Positions 37,601-47,647 of a stretch of DNA of 64,000 nucleotides are shown here, in pieces (positions within the stretch are counted from its first letter, which is position 1; each line of letters begins with the position of its first letter). Made by a program: the position numbers and the translations under genes. The stretch comes from Kiritimatiellia bacterium. GTDB lineage: Bacteria > Verrucomicrobiota > Kiritimatiellia > JAAZAB01. The stretch lies in the NCBI GenBank assembly GCA_028718125.1, contig JAQUMN010000005.1, positions 3,784 to 67,783 of the forward strand. Direction: 5' to 3'. The notes below the pieces were generated by a model that ran no database searches, was not told the DNA's origin, and worked only from the letters and a program-made list of their open reading frames with translations.

Positions 37601-40600
37601 TGGCGCAACACAAGGTCGCTGTGCGACCAGGCCATCTCGAACGCCCGCGCCGCGATGCCGGGATCGCGATACTTGGCAATCAACTCCAGCGCCCCGGCGC
37701 GCGTTTCGGCCATGCCGGAGATGATGTGCCATTCGGCGGAGGCGTCGGGTTCGATGGCGAGGCTTTTGCGGATGGCCACGATCGGATCGAGCACCGTGCC
37801 ATCCGTGTTGGAAAGCGGGGCGACCTTGTCGAATGCGGCCGGATGGACGACGGAGCGGCAGCGGCCGATGAAGGCGGACCGGTCCGTTTCGTACGAGATC
37901 TCGCCCGCCGGTGTGCCGGGCGTGCTCATCAGATGAAACATCCACGGCGGGTTCTCCCCGGACGCGCGCGGCCGGCGCGTGCAGAGAATGGCCTGCGCGG
38001 GGTAAAGGATCTCGGTTTGCACGAACAGGTTGCTGAACGCCGGGTGCGCCAGGTCCGCGGTCAGCGGGGCGATGACGACTTCCGCGTAACTGGTCACCTC
38101 TATCGTGCGCGTACGGGAAGAGAGATTCGTGAGCGTGATGCGGCGGACTTCGACGTCGTCTTCGGGCGACACGGCGATTTCCGTGTGTGCATCGATGTCC
38201 TCGTCGCGGCGCCGGTATTCGGCGCGCCCCTGCGCAAAGATGGCTTCATACTTCCTTGCGATCCGCCGCGTAGGCTGGTAGGCCGAGGACCAGAGCGCGC
38301 CCGTGGCCTCGTCGCGCAGGTAGCAGAAGGTGCCCCATCCGTCGCACGCGGCGTCTTCGCGCCAGCGCGTGACCGTCAGGTCCTTCCAGCGGCTGTATCC
38401 GCCGCCCGCCTGGGTCGCCATGACCTGATAGCTGCCATTGGACAGCAGGTGCACCTCGGGAATGGGCGTGTGCGGCGAGGGGAACACGCGCAGGGTGGCA
38501 GCGGCGGCCGCCGCCGGAGGCCGCCGCGCCACGTTGACTTCCGCCGTGTGCGGCTGCAACGAGGATGCCGCCCGGGGGATGCGCTCGCATAACAGCAGCT
38601 CCGATGCCTTAAACCACGGGTCGGCGAGGAACCGGCGCTGCATGGGCCGATCGAGCAGCCGGTAGGCAAGGGCCAGCAAGCTCATCCCCTGGTGATGCGC
38701 CATGTAACTGCGCAGCGGCACGCAGGTCTTGCCGCGGGGAACGCGCGCGGGCGTGAAATCGATGGCTTCATAAAGCCCGTATAGGCCGTGATACCCGTTC
38801 TCCGAGAGCTTCTCCAGATTCCGGCATGCCTCGCGGGGCGCGACCATCAGCGCCAGCACCGACGCATAGGGCGCAACGACCAGGTCGTCGGCAAGACCGC
38901 GCTTGAACCCCAGGCCCGGTATGCCGAATGCGCCGTATTGATAAGCGCCCTGGGCGTCGGTGGTAGCGTAGCACGACTCGGAAATGCCCCAAGGCACGCC
39001 GCGCTGCCGGCCGTATTCGACCTGCCGGGACACGATGGCCTGGTAGGTCTGATCGAGCAGCGTGTGCTCATAGGTTGGCATCACCAGCAGCGGCATCAGG
39101 TACTCGAACATTGACCCGCTCCATGATACCAAGGCCAGGGCGCCCTCGTGGGTGGTTAATTGCCGGCCCAGGGCGAACCAGTGATCCTGCGGCAACTGGT
39201 CCTGGGCCACGAGCATAAAACTTGTCACCCGCGCCTCCGAGGCGAGCAGGTCGTAATACGATGGATCGCGGCGCCGGTCGGTGACGTTGTAGCCGATCGA
39301 CAACAAATCGCGGGTGGGATCGTAGAGGAACGCGAAGTCCATCGCCGCCTGCTCGCTGCAACGCCGGGCGAGCAGATCGATCTGCCGGATATACTCGGCG
39401 GCGCGATCGCTCGGGGCGAGCGCACCGGCCGCCTCCTGCAAGGTCGGCACGTGGTCAAACTGCTGCGGCTCGGGAACGAGGCCGTGCACGTCATCCCGCA
39501 TGGCGTCGCACTGCCGAATGAACGCTTGCATCCACCCGCGCTGTTCCGCGCTGCCGTGGATGGGCAGTGCGGCGATCTCATGGCTGAGCGCCTCGAGCAG
39601 CGTCAAGGCGGCCGCTACCGTGGGGGGCGCCGGAGCGCGCAGTTTTTCGCGCAGCTGCCCGATGGCCGGCGAGGACACCTTGTCCAGGGTATCCTGAAGC
39701 CCGGCCAGGAGGCGGGGCGAAACGACGGGTTGGTTTTTCAATTCCAACAACCCGGTGCGCAGGATGAACAACGCTCCGGCCAGATTGCCGCTATCGACGG
39801 TCGATACATACATCGGCCGCAGGGGTTTGAGCGTGCGGGTGTCGTACCAGTTGTAAAGGTGGCCCCGGTAGCGTTCGAGCCGTTCCATCGTGGCCAGCGT
39901 TTTGTCCGTCCGGTCGATCAGTTGACCGATACCGAGATAGCCGAAGTCGCTTGCGGCCAGATTGGCCAGCAAGGCCATGCCGATGTTGGTTGGCGAGGTG
40001 CGGGAGGCGACCATCGGCGCCGGGACTTCCTGAACATTATCGGGCGGCAACCAATGTTCTTCCGCATTGACCAAGTCTTCGAAATAGCGCCAGGTTTGCC
40101 GGGACAAGCCGCGCAGGAACGTCTGTTGCGCCGCGGACAAAGCCGGCGGGTCGGTCACGAGCGGACGGCTGATCCACCAGCCGACGGCGGGAGACACCAG
40201 CCACATCAGCAACAACGGCCCGCTGAAGGCCAGTTCGCCGGGGTGCGTTACGGCGAGTCCCGCGAGTCCGGCCACGGCGAACACCGGCGCGACCCACATT
40301 TCGCGAACGAAATCGGCCAGCGTGGTGCAGGCGTTGCGCGCCTCATAACGCGGCGTATACCAGAGCAGCAGGCCGCGCCGCGTGAACAGCATGCGAACGC
40401 CGGAGACAAAAATCGCATCTAGCGTGATGACCGCGCGATAGGGCAACGTGCTCAGCCTCAGGCCGGCCTCCGCCGCCTGGCGCCCCAGCGATTTGAGGGC
40501 GGTGTGCAGATGAAGGCCCCAGGTCCGTTCCCTGGGTTTGCGGACCATGTCCAGCAGGGCGGCCAACAGCAAGGGCAGCAAGAACAACAGGAGCACGAAC

Positions 40601-43146
40601 AGGGTCCAGAAGCCGGCCGGCTGCGGGGCGATGATCCAGCCGCCGAGCAGGAGCAGCCACAGGGCGGGCGGCACGAGGCTGCGGCGCAGATTATCGAATA
40701 TTTTCCACCAACCCAGCGCCGTGAGTATCGTGGGCACGCGCCGGCCGGAGGGGCCGGGCACGCGCGGCAGGAGCCAGCCGGCAATCTGCCAGTCCCCCCG
40801 GATCCAGCGATGGTTGCGGCTCATGTCGGCAGCGAAATTCGCGGGGTGGTCCTCGTATAATTCCACATCCGCGACCAGCGCCGAGCGGGCATACGTGCTT
40901 TCCAGCAAATCGTGACTCAAGATGAGATTTTCCGGGAAGCGCCCGGCCGTGGCCCGCCGAAACGCGTCCACGTCATAGAGGCCTTTGCCGGTGTAAGATC
41001 CCTCGTCAAACACATCCTGGTACACATCGGAAACCTCGTGCGTGTAGGGATCAATCCCCGCGTCGCCGGCCATGAGCCGGGCGAAGAGCGAGCGATTGGC
41101 CGCGATCAGGCTGATGGGCGTGCGGGGCTGCAAAATGGCGTAGCCCTCGACCACGCGGCCGGTCTGCGCATCCAAGCGCGGCCGGTTCAGCGGATGGGCC
41201 ATCGTGCCGATCAGGGTGCGGGCGGCATCGCGCGGCAAACCGGTATCGCTATCCAGCGTGAGGACGTATCGGATCGTGGAAAGGATCGCCGTGTCGCATA
41301 GGATCTCGGAAAATGGGCTGCGCTCCCCGCCGCGCAGCAGCGCGTTGAATTGCTCCAGTTTGCCGCGTTTGCGTTCGTAGCCCATCCAGAGGCGCTCGTG
41401 CGGATTCCAGGCGCGCGACCGATGGAACAGCTGGAAAACGGTCTGGCCCTCGGGGCTGTACCGCGCATTCAGGGACTGGATGCCGTTGCGCGCCCGCTGC
41501 AACAAGTCCGCGTCGTCGGTCTGGACCGGCTCGGTCGCGTCGCGGAAATCGGTGAGCAGCGCAAAATAAATGTTGGGGTCGCGGTTCGCCAGGTAGCGGA
41601 TCTCCAGGTCTTCCAGCAAGTCGGCGACAGCCTGCGGGCTGGTCAGGAGCGAGGGTATAACCACGATGGTGCGCTCGGATGATGGAATCCCTTTCGAAAA
41701 GTCCAGGCGCGGTACCAGGTGCGGGCCGATCGCGATCGTCGCCAGCACGTTTACCAAGGCGACCGCCAGGTGCGAGGCGCCGATGACAGCCAGCCCCGTC
41801 AATAGCCAGACCCGCCAGTCGTGCCAGCCAACCAGGCTGGCCGGCGCCAGCACCAGACTGGCCGCCGCTGCCGTGACGATCAACAGGGAACAGATATAGC
41901 AGAAAAGCGGATGCCGGCGAAGCGTCCGGGCGAGGGTCTGACAGAGGGAGGGGCGGATACCGATGGCGCGCTCCAGGTGCGGGCGGCCCTTGTCGATGAG
42001 ATAGAATCCCACATGGGCCTCGCGCGCCGGCGGGCCCTCGCGCCGGGAGGCGTCCACCGCGAGTTGGATCGCGGCGCGGGCCACCGCGTCCTCGGCCTTG
42101 CCGCTCCGCCGCGACAAGGCTTCGACACAGCGGCGATAGCGGTCGCGCGTGATGAAATCCATTGCGGCATACACGCCGGCGGGGTCGGTATGAAGCACCT
42201 GCTCGATGATACTCGCCGACTCAACGAATTTCCGCCAGTCCATCGCGCTCAGGAAGCGCAGGCTCCCGATGCTGCTGCCGATCGAGACCTGGTCGGCGGC
42301 CTGGGTCTGGTTGTCCGCCCGCTGCAATTGGTCGCGCGTCATGCCTTGTTCGGCCAGGCGATGCTCCACCCAGCTCAGGACGGTTGCCAGCGACGGACTC
42401 CCTCCCTGCAACCGCCCGCAGAACTCCTCCACAAACTGGTTGTTGAACGGCGGATCGGACTGGGCCATCTCCGCCATGACGCGGAGGACCGTGGCCGAAT
42501 CTTTCTCCGCCACCGCCAACAGGCGTCCGGCCCACCGGCCGGCCAGGTTCCGATCGCGCCAGCGCCGGGCAATGTGCACCGAGACCCGCCGCAAGTTCTC
42601 GATCAGCCCCAGCCGCAGCATGATCGGCACGGCCCACAACTCGCCGAGCGTCAACGGGGTAACCGACTGGTAGGCGGCGACAAAATGGCTGACATTTTCG
42701 GCGTCGATCCGCCCGTCCACGTGGGAAATCAGTTCGAGGGCGATATCATAAACCCGGGGGAACCCGGCCGAGGCGCCCGTCAGCAAGCGCGGCAATTCGC
42801 GGCTGTAGGTCCGCGGCAAATGCAGCCGCGTCAGGCGGATTTGCTGCTCGATCAGATAAAAGTTATCCAGCAGCCATTCGCCCGCCGGGCCGGCGTGCCG
42901 GCCATCGGCTTCTGAGCGCGTCACCAGGTCATAGGCCTGAACGAGAACCTGTTCGTTATCCACCAATCGCAGCAGCAGCCTGTTCGACCCGCGTTTGGGG
43001 TTGATCCGATGCTGTCCCGCCAGCGTGATGGCATGCCGGCGCAGCTGTTCGTCGCTGAAGAGTTCGGTGCGCAGGGTCGGTTCGCTCGCGCGCGATCGCG
43101 CCTGCCTCGCTTTCCAGATGTGCCAGCGTAGCGATAGGGGCTGCAT
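34621..43146 (-). CDS. ndvB: cyclic beta-1,2-glucan synthase (GT84 glycosyltransferase + GH94 phosphorylase domains)
   Basis: 2841-aa single ORF. N-terminus ...LVDNEQVLVQAYDLV...GEWLLDNFYLIEQQIR typical of Cgs/NdvB/ChvB. Central membrane-spanning GT region. C-terminal GH94-like domain. Size matches the family (about 2.8-2.9 kaa). Confidence 0.85.
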   Translation of the reverse strand: MQPLSLRWHIWKARQARSRASEPTLRTELFSDEQLRRHAITLAGQHRINPKRGSNRLLLRLVDNEQVLVQAYDLVTRSEADGRHAGPAGEWLLDNFYLIEQQIRLTRLHLPRTYSRELPRLLTGASAGFPRVYDIALELISHVDGRIDAENVSHFVAAYQSVTPLTLGELWAVPIMLRLGLIENLRRVSVHIARRWRDRNLAGRWAGRLLAVAEKDSATVLRVMAEMAQSDPPFNNQFVEEFCGRLQGGSPSLATVLSWVEHRLAEQGMTRDQLQRADNQTQAADQVSIGSSIGSLRFLSAMDWRKFVESASIIEQVLHTDPAGVYAAMDFITRDRYRRCVEALSRRSGKAEDAVARAAIQLAVDASRREGPPAREAHVGFYLIDKGRPHLERAIGIRPSLCQTLARTLRRHPLFCYICSLLIVTAAAASLVLAPASLVGWHDWRVWLLTGLAVIGASHLAVALVNVLATIAIGPHLVPRLDFSKGIPSSERTIVVIPSLLTSPQAVADLLEDLEIRYLANRDPNIYFALLTDFRDATEPVQTDDADLLQRARNGIQSLNARYSPEGQTVFQLFHRSRAWNPHERLWMGYERKRGKLEQFNALLRGGERSPFSEILCDTAILSTIRYVLTLDSDTGLPRDAARTLIGTMAHPLNRPRLDAQTGRVVEGYAILQPRTPISLIAANRSLFARLMAGDAGIDPYTHEVSDVYQDVFDEGSYTGKGLYDVDAFRRATAGRFPENLILSHDLLESTYARSALVADVELYEDHPANFAADMSRNHRWIRGDWQIAGWLLPRVPGPSGRRVPTILTALGWWKIFDNLRRSLVPPALWLLLLGGWIIAPQPAGFWTLFVLLLFLLPLLLAALLDMVRKPRERTWGLHLHTALKSLGRQAAEAGLRLSTLPYRAVITLDAIFVSGVRMLFTRRGLLLWYTPRYEARNACTTLADFVREMWVAPVFAVAGLAGLAVTHPGELAFSGPLLLMWLVSPAVGWWISRPLVTDPPALSAAQQTFLRGLSRQTWRYFEDLVNAEEHWLPPDNVQEVPAPMVASRTSPTNIGMALLANLAASDFGYLGIGQLIDRTDKTLATMERLERYRGHLYNWYDTRTLKPLRPMYVSTVDSGNLAGALFILRTGLLELKNQPVVSPRLLAGLQDTLDKVSSPAIGQLREKLRAPAPPTVAAALTLLEALSHEIAALPIHGSAEQRGWMQAFIRQCDAMRDDVHGLVPEPQQFDHVPTLQEAAGALAPSDRAAEYIRQIDLLARRCSEQAAMDFAFLYDPTRDLLSIGYNVTDRRRDPSYYDLLASEARVTSFMLVAQDQLPQDHWFALGRQLTTHEGALALVSWSGSMFEYLMPLLVMPTYEHTLLDQTYQAIVSRQVEYGRQRGVPWGISESCYATTDAQGAYQYGAFGIPGLGFKRGLADDLVVAPYASVLALMVAPREACRNLEKLSENGYHGLYGLYEAIDFTPARVPRGKTCVPLRSYMAHHQGMSLLALAYRLLDRPMQRRFLADPWFKASELLLCERIPRAASSLQPHTAEVNVARRPPAAAAAATLRVFPSPHTPIPEVHLLSNGSYQVMATQAGGGYSRWKDLTVTRWREDAACDGWGTFCYLRDEATGALWSSAYQPTRRIARKYEAIFAQGRAEYRRRDEDIDAHTEIAVSPEDDVEVRRITLTNLSSRTRTIEVTSYAEVVIAPLTADLAHPAFSNLFVQTEILYPAQAILCTRRPRASGENPPWMFHLMSTPGTPAGEISYETDRSAFIGRCRSVVHPAAFDKVAPLSNTDGTVLDPIVAIRKSLAIEPDASAEWHIISGMAETRAGALELIAKYRDPGIAARAFEMAWSHSDLVLRQLQVTEAEAQVYAQLASSVIHANPFHRASTGILTRNRLNQSGLWTFGISGDLPIVLMRIADVHRIDLVKQMLQAHAYWREKGLTVDLVILNEDFSGYRQVLQDRILGLIAASTEAQRVDKPGGIFLRRSEQLSEEERVLLQTVARVILTDSAETLAEQVERQTPVERKVPRFIATRAMLPAEKTVPNKRECIFFNGLGGFTSDGREYVISLAPGQTTPAPWANVLANPQIGTVITESGSAYTWVDNAHEFRLTPWHNDPVGDPSGEAFYLRDEETGQFWSPTPLPARAPGTYICRHGFGYSVFELTHLGISSELWTYVALDAPVKLAVIKVRNGSGRTRRLSATGYWEWVLGQWRHSNLMHIVTEIDPTTGALFARNVYNREFAGKTVFVNVSDAQRTMTGNRTEFLGRNGTPASPAAMRQAQLSGQTGASFDPCAALQVTFDLDGGQERELVFVLGAGNSVEEAHQLVRRFSGPASARLALENVWDFWKRTLGVVYAETPDPALNLLVNGWLEYQTLVGRTWGRSGYYQSGGAYGFRDQLQDTSALLHAAPWVAREHVLRCAGRQFGEGDVQHWWHPSSGRGVRTHCSDDFIWLPYATCRYVKTTGDTGVLDERVPFLEGRPVNADEEAYYDLPQRSGEDGTLYEHCVRAIKHGLRFGAHGLPLIGSGDWNDGMNLVGKKGRGESVWLAFLLYDVLHQFVELARSRGETEFADYCAAQAAQLRQAIEEHGWDGDWYRRAYFDDGTPLGSATNKECAIDSIAQSWAVLSGAADPVRARLAMERVDQRLVRRNAQLIQLFDPPFDKSALEPGYIKGYAPGVRENGGQYTHGAIWAVMAFAELGEIERAWELFELLNPIRHAMNPSQVNRYKVEPYVVAADIYAVAPHTGRGGWSWYTGSAGWMYRLIVETLLGLRLEMDHLRVSPRLPRDWESFKLHYRYRETFYHISVNRVGTDAAQPPAMIVDGHEQPLAAIALVDDHHEHTVEIKVPGSRG

Positions 43147-43316
43147 AGTGTCCTAGTTCCGCAATCCAATCCGAACGGTGCCGATTTCGCGCGCGCCGGA
43201 GCGGTCAGCCGCATGCAGCCGCCTTCGCATTCCCGGCCCTTGTGTGGGCATGGAAAGCAGGGCTCATCCCGGAGATCCGGCGGGCGCCACCGTGTGTAAC
43301 CCTGCCGTGGTGGCCG

Positions 43317-44189
43317 TCAGGCGTAACTCAGGAGTATTTGCCGCAGGGCGTTCCTATCAACCGGCTGCTCCGCCAAGGGCCCCGGCGCGCAGGCCGGGAA
43401 GTATGACTCGAAGGGCGCCCGGTCGTTTTTATAGAGGATCCCCACCGGAATCCAATCGTCCCATTGAAACGCCAGCTTCATGGCCGCCTCCCAGTTGGCG
43501 GGATCATGCGTGTTCGCCACGTCACGGCAGCGGGACTTGTACCAGGCAAAGGTATTCACCTTGTTGAAGGAGACGCACGGCTGCAGAATGTCGATCAGGG
43601 CGAAGCCCGGATGATTGATCCCCGCCTGGATGAGCCCGGCCAGATGGTCCGGCATGCCGGAAAAACCGCGGGCGGCGAAGCCCGCCTTCATGGCCACGGC
43701 CGTCGCCATGGGGTTGAAAGGCTGTGAGTGAACGCCATCGGGTTGGGCCTTGGTCACAAAGCCTTCCATGGAAGTCGGGCTGGCCTGTCCTTTGGTCAAG
43801 CCATAGATCTGGTTGTTGTGCGTCAGGACCGTCACGTGGATGTTCCGGCGGATGGCCGCGATCAAATGGTTGCCGCCTTCGCCATACAGGCAGCCGTCGC
43901 CGCTTTCGACAATCACCGTCAGCGCGCGGTTGGCAAGCTTGGCGCCCGTGGCCACCGGCAAGGCGCGCCCGTGCAGGCCGTTAAAGAGATTGGCGTTGAG
44001 GTAATGCGGGGCTTTGGCGGCCTGCCCGATTCCGGAAACGAACAACACCGACTCGGGCCGCAACTGACAGGCCACCAAGGCCTGTTTTACGGCCTTCAAG
44101 ATGCCGAAGTTGCCGCAGCCCGGGCACCAGGCTGTTTCATATTCGCCATAGTCAGGTAACGTCACCGGCGTATCAGGCGGTTGTTCCAT
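43317..44189 (-). CDS. korB: 2-oxoacid:ferredoxin oxidoreductase beta subunit (TPP-binding)
   Basis: CPGCGNFGIL...GDGCLYGEGGNHL: the TPP-binding motif of the KorB/PorB family. Confidence 0.75.
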   Translation of the reverse strand: MEQPPDTPVTLPDYGEYETAWCPGCGNFGILKAVKQALVACQLRPESVLFVSGIGQAAKAPHYLNANLFNGLHGRALPVATGAKLANRALTVIVESGDGCLYGEGGNHLIAAIRRNIHVTVLTHNNQIYGLTKGQASPTSMEGFVTKAQPDGVHSQPFNPMATAVAMKAGFAARGFSGMPDHLAGLIQAGINHPGFALIDILQPCVSFNKVNTFAWYKSRCRDVANTHDPANWEAAMKLAFQWDDWIPVGILYKNDRAPFESYFPACAPGPLAEQPVDRNALRQILLSYA

Positions 44190-45876
44190 GGGGTAACCTC
44201 CGCAAAATATACTCGGGTGTGAACGGCAACCCGTCGTAACGCAATACATGATGGGGAATGTGAAACCCGGTTTCCGCGCGGATTAAACGGGCGAATTGAC
44301 CCGTGGCGTTGCCCTCGATGGCAACGACCGTGGGCGCGGATGTCAGGGTATCAAGAAAATGCTTGGGGACCAGGGGCCACACCTGCGGAAAATGAAGGGT
44401 CCCGGCGCGGGTTCCTCCCGCGCGCACGATGGCAGCCGCCTCTTCCACGGCGCCGCGCGACGACCCCCATGAGACCAGCAGCAGATCCGGATGGGCATCG
44501 CCCTGAAAAACCGGGGGGCTGACCTCGGCTTCGAGGCCCAGCATTTTGTGCAGCCTTTTTTCCACCATCGCCCGCCGTACGTCCAGGTCCTCGGTAATGT
44601 GCCCGTCTTCCGTGTGCTCGTCGCTGTCGGCCACCACCCGGTGCCGGCTCAAACCCGGAATCAGGCGAGGTGAAATTCCGGTTTCTGTCAGGGCATAGCG
44701 TTTGTAGGGCGGGTTGTCCGGCTCGGGCGGGGCCGGCCAGTGCGGCGGCGTGTCCAGGGTAAACGGAACGATGTCGCGGTAGGTGTCGGCCAGGAACTGG
44801 TCCGTCAGCAGAAAAACCGGCCCCTGGTAACGGTCGGCAAGCAGAAAGGCCTTCTGGGCAAGTTCAAAACATTCCTCCACCGAGCCGGGTGTCAGGATGG
44901 CGCGCGGGAATTCGCCGTGCCCGGCGTGCAGGACAAATTCAAGATCCGCCTGTTCGGTCCGGGTCGGCAGCCCGGTGGCCGGCGCGGGGCGCTGGGCCAC
45001 CACGATGACGACGGGCGTCTCGGTCATGCCCGCCAGGCTCACGCTTTCCACCATCAGGGCGAATCCGCCGCCGGAGGTCGCCACCATTGCCGGCGCGCCC
45101 GCAAAGGATGCGCCGATGGCCATGTTTATGGCGGCAATCTCGTCCTCGGCCTGTTCCACGACCGTCCCCATCTTGCCCGCATGCTTAATCAGGGTCAGCG
45201 GGACGGTGGTGGCGGGCGTCATCGGGTAGAAGGCGCAGAACTTTACCCCGGCGTTCAGGGCGCCCAGGGCGAGGGCTTCGTTGCCGTTCAGCATGATCGG
45301 CGCGGCGCTCCGCGGCGGCGCCGGCAGGTTTCTAAAAGCGACCTTCTGGGCGCCGATCCAGTCATAGGCGCTTGAAATGGCCTTGCGATTGTCCTCGGCG
45401 CCTTCCGGATGCTTGCCGTCGAAAAAACTTTCCAGGGCGTGTTCGAGGGTCGCGCGCTCCAGTCCCAGAATGGCCCCCACGATGCCGCAGGCCGCCATGT
45501 TCTCGGCGGTCTTTGAGGCCAGGCGCTCGAAGGGAACGTTCAGAACCGGAACATCGCGGATGTCCTCCTTTTCGTCGGCGATGACCAGCGCCCCGGGCGC
45601 GAGCTCCGGCCGATGGCGCTGGAAGGTGTCGGCGTTCAGCGCCACCAGCAGATCGATCGGCTCCTGCGGTGCGGCGATCGGCGCGGAGGCCACCCGAATG
45701 GCAAACGTATTATGCCCGCCGCGGATGCGCGACATGTAGCTCTGGGTCGCCACAATGTGGTAGCCGGCTCGAACCAGGCTGCGGCAAAGCAGCTCGCTGA
45801 TGGTCACCAGGCCTTGCCCGGCCTCGCCGCCGATCACTACCTGCAGGGCGTTCGGTTGTTCGTTTGCGTTTGTCAT
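44173..45876 (-). CDS. korA: 2-oxoacid:ferredoxin oxidoreductase alpha subunit with fused gamma domain
   Basis: N-terminal gamma-domain motif VVIGGEAGQGLVT. Alpha-domain motifs (NGNEALALGALNAGVKFCAFYPMTP). The ATG at 45874-45876 was chosen over the longer track ORF. Confidence 0.75.
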   Translation of the reverse strand: MTNANEQPNALQVVIGGEAGQGLVTISELLCRSLVRAGYHIVATQSYMSRIRGGHNTFAIRVASAPIAAPQEPIDLLVALNADTFQRHRPELAPGALVIADEKEDIRDVPVLNVPFERLASKTAENMAACGIVGAILGLERATLEHALESFFDGKHPEGAEDNRKAISSAYDWIGAQKVAFRNLPAPPRSAAPIMLNGNEALALGALNAGVKFCAFYPMTPATTVPLTLIKHAGKMGTVVEQAEDEIAAINMAIGASFAGAPAMVATSGGGFALMVESVSLAGMTETPVVIVVAQRPAPATGLPTRTEQADLEFVLHAGHGEFPRAILTPGSVEECFELAQKAFLLADRYQGPVFLLTDQFLADTYRDIVPFTLDTPPHWPAPPEPDNPPYKRYALTETGISPRLIPGLSRHRVVADSDEHTEDGHITEDLDVRRAMVEKRLHKMLGLEAEVSPPVFQGDAHPDLLLVSWGSSRGAVEEAAAIVRAGGTRAGTLHFPQVWPLVPKHFLDTLTSAPTVVAIEGNATGQFARLIRAETGFHIPHHVLRYDGLPFTPEYILRRLPHGTTA

Positions 45877-46176
45877 GATGGCCCGCGTTCCCTGTTCCGC
45901 CGAATGCCAGGATCTTTTAGAGCCCCAGTATCCGCCCGGCGCCGGCGAACCGCGATCGGGATATACCTGATTTGGGCCGGCGAAATACCTGATTGCCCGG
46001 GCAGGCTTACGCCTTGCCCACCGCCAAAATCGCCCCGGCTGACGTGAGCGTATGGATGTCTTTGAGTCCTCAGTTATATCGAAGGGATTATTCAGGTTCA
46101 ACCTGATGGCGACTTTTAGGGTCCGGGTGCAGGCTATGACCCATCGGCAACCATTCTAATAAAGGAGGTCATCGTC

Positions 46177-46449
46177 ATGGCTACTGTCAGATCGAATTTT
46201 GTCGTGCCCAACGCCTTCGGCCTGCATGCGCGTCCATCCGCCCTATTCGCCAAAACAGCCGGCCGGTATAAAGCCTGCGTTCGCGTGAAAAACGGGGACC
46301 GCGTTGTCGACGGCAAAAGCATTCTCGAATTGTTGATGATCGGCGCGACACAGGGCTCCCGCTTGACGGTGGTCGCCGAGGGCTACGATGCCGATGCCGC
46401 CATGAAGGATATCCAAAACCTGTTTGCCACGGCGTTCGGCGAACAATAA
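46177..46449 (+). CDS. ptsH: phosphocarrier protein HPr
   Basis: 90 aa. GLHARPSA active-site His motif, and ...DGKSILELLMIGA (HPr Ser46 region). Confidence 0.85.
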   Translation: MATVRSNFVVPNAFGLHARPSALFAKTAGRYKACVRVKNGDRVVDGKSILELLMIGATQGSRLTVVAEGYDADAAMKDIQNLFATAFGEQ

Positions 46450-46529
46450 TTCCGGATGCCGCCCGGTCACGTTGCCCGGAGCGCCGGGCCACGGGCTTGC
46501 CCGGCGTCCCCTTGGCAAAGGAGGAACCC

Positions 46530-47477
46530 ATGCGCGCGATGGCGATCGAGGAATTTGGCGGCAGCGAGAAACTCAAGCCGATGGATTTACCCGTTCCGGA
46601 AATCACCGATCATGAAGTGCTGATCGCGGTGAAAGCCGCGGGCGTCAATCCGGTCGATTGGAAAGTGCGGGACGGATTGTTGCGCGAGCGATTGCCGCAT
46701 GCCTTTCCGCTTATTCCCGGCTGGGATGTGGCCGGGGTCGTGGAACGCGTCGGCTCCAAGGTCAAACGCTTTGCCGCAGGCGACGACGTGTATGCCTACG
46801 CCCGCAAGCCGGTCGTCCAGGGCGGGGCCTACGCCGAATTCATTGCCCTGCCGCTGGAAAATGTGGCGCGCAAACCCAAAACCCTGTCGTTTGAGGAAGC
46901 TGCGACCATCCCGCTTTCCGGTCTGACGGCCTATCAGGCGCTGTTCGATCGCGCCCGCCTGCGCTCCGGCGACGTCGCCTTGATTCATGCGGCGGCCGGC
47001 GGCGTGGGCGGGTTTGCCGTCCAATTGGCCAAGACCCGCGGGGCCGTCGTCCTGGGCACGGCCGGCAGCCGGAACCATGACTATCTGCGCAGCCTGGGCG
47101 TGGATGAACCCATCGATTACACGCAGGGCGACTTTTGCGAGGCGGTCCGCAAAACCCATCCGGAGGGAGTGGATGTCGTCCTCGACACCCTGGGCGGCGA
47201 TACCCTGGTGCGCAGCGCCAGCCTTCTCAAGAAGAAAGGCCGCATTGTGTCCCTGATCGATCCCGAAGGCATCGCCCGGTTAAAAGCCGGCGGCGTCAAG
47301 GCCCACTATCTCTTCGTTTCTCCCAATGCACGCGAGTTGACGAAGATCGCGGAGATTATCGAGAAAGGCCTGTTGCGGACAACCCTTGCGGCCACCTTTC
47401 CGCTGGCGGATGCCGCCAAGGCCCAGGTCATGAGCGCCACCCACCATGTCCGGGGCAAGATCGTTTTAATAATCTGA
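46530..47477 (+). CDS. qor: quinone oxidoreductase / MDR-family zinc-type alcohol dehydrogenase-like
   Basis: AGGAGG RBS. ...GVNPVDWKVRDG... and the AAGGVGGFAVQLAK NAD(P)-binding motif. Confidence 0.7.
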   Translation: MRAMAIEEFGGSEKLKPMDLPVPEITDHEVLIAVKAAGVNPVDWKVRDGLLRERLPHAFPLIPGWDVAGVVERVGSKVKRFAAGDDVYAYARKPVVQGGAYAEFIALPLENVARKPKTLSFEEAATIPLSGLTAYQALFDRARLRSGDVALIHAAAGGVGGFAVQLAKTRGAVVLGTAGSRNHDYLRSLGVDEPIDYTQGDFCEAVRKTHPEGVDVVLDTLGGDTLVRSASLLKKKGRIVSLIDPEGIARLKAGGVKAHYLFVSPNARELTKIAEIIEKGLLRTTLAATFPLADAAKAQVMSATHHVRGKIVLII

Positions 47478-47647
47478 TTCAGCGATGCCCGGCTCCCAGG
47501 CTATAGAGCAGGCTAAGAAAACGTGTGGCCGCGGCGCTCCGTATGGTCGCTCCGACAGAGCGGGCAGCTACACCAGGAAAAGGGCCACGACACGTGTTAA
47601 TCGGCTCTAGCTGGCGATCCGCCCGGGGTTTTGGTAAGCTCCAGTCC

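Noticed and set aside
36013-42915. Numerous 100-420-aa plus-strand ORFs (e.g. 37378-38592, 39160-40422, 41821-42915)
   Set aside because: All lie inside the 8.5-kb cyclic glucan synthase gene on the opposite strand. They are Arg/Gly/Ala/Pro-rich with no motifs: a GC-skewed antisense artefact.
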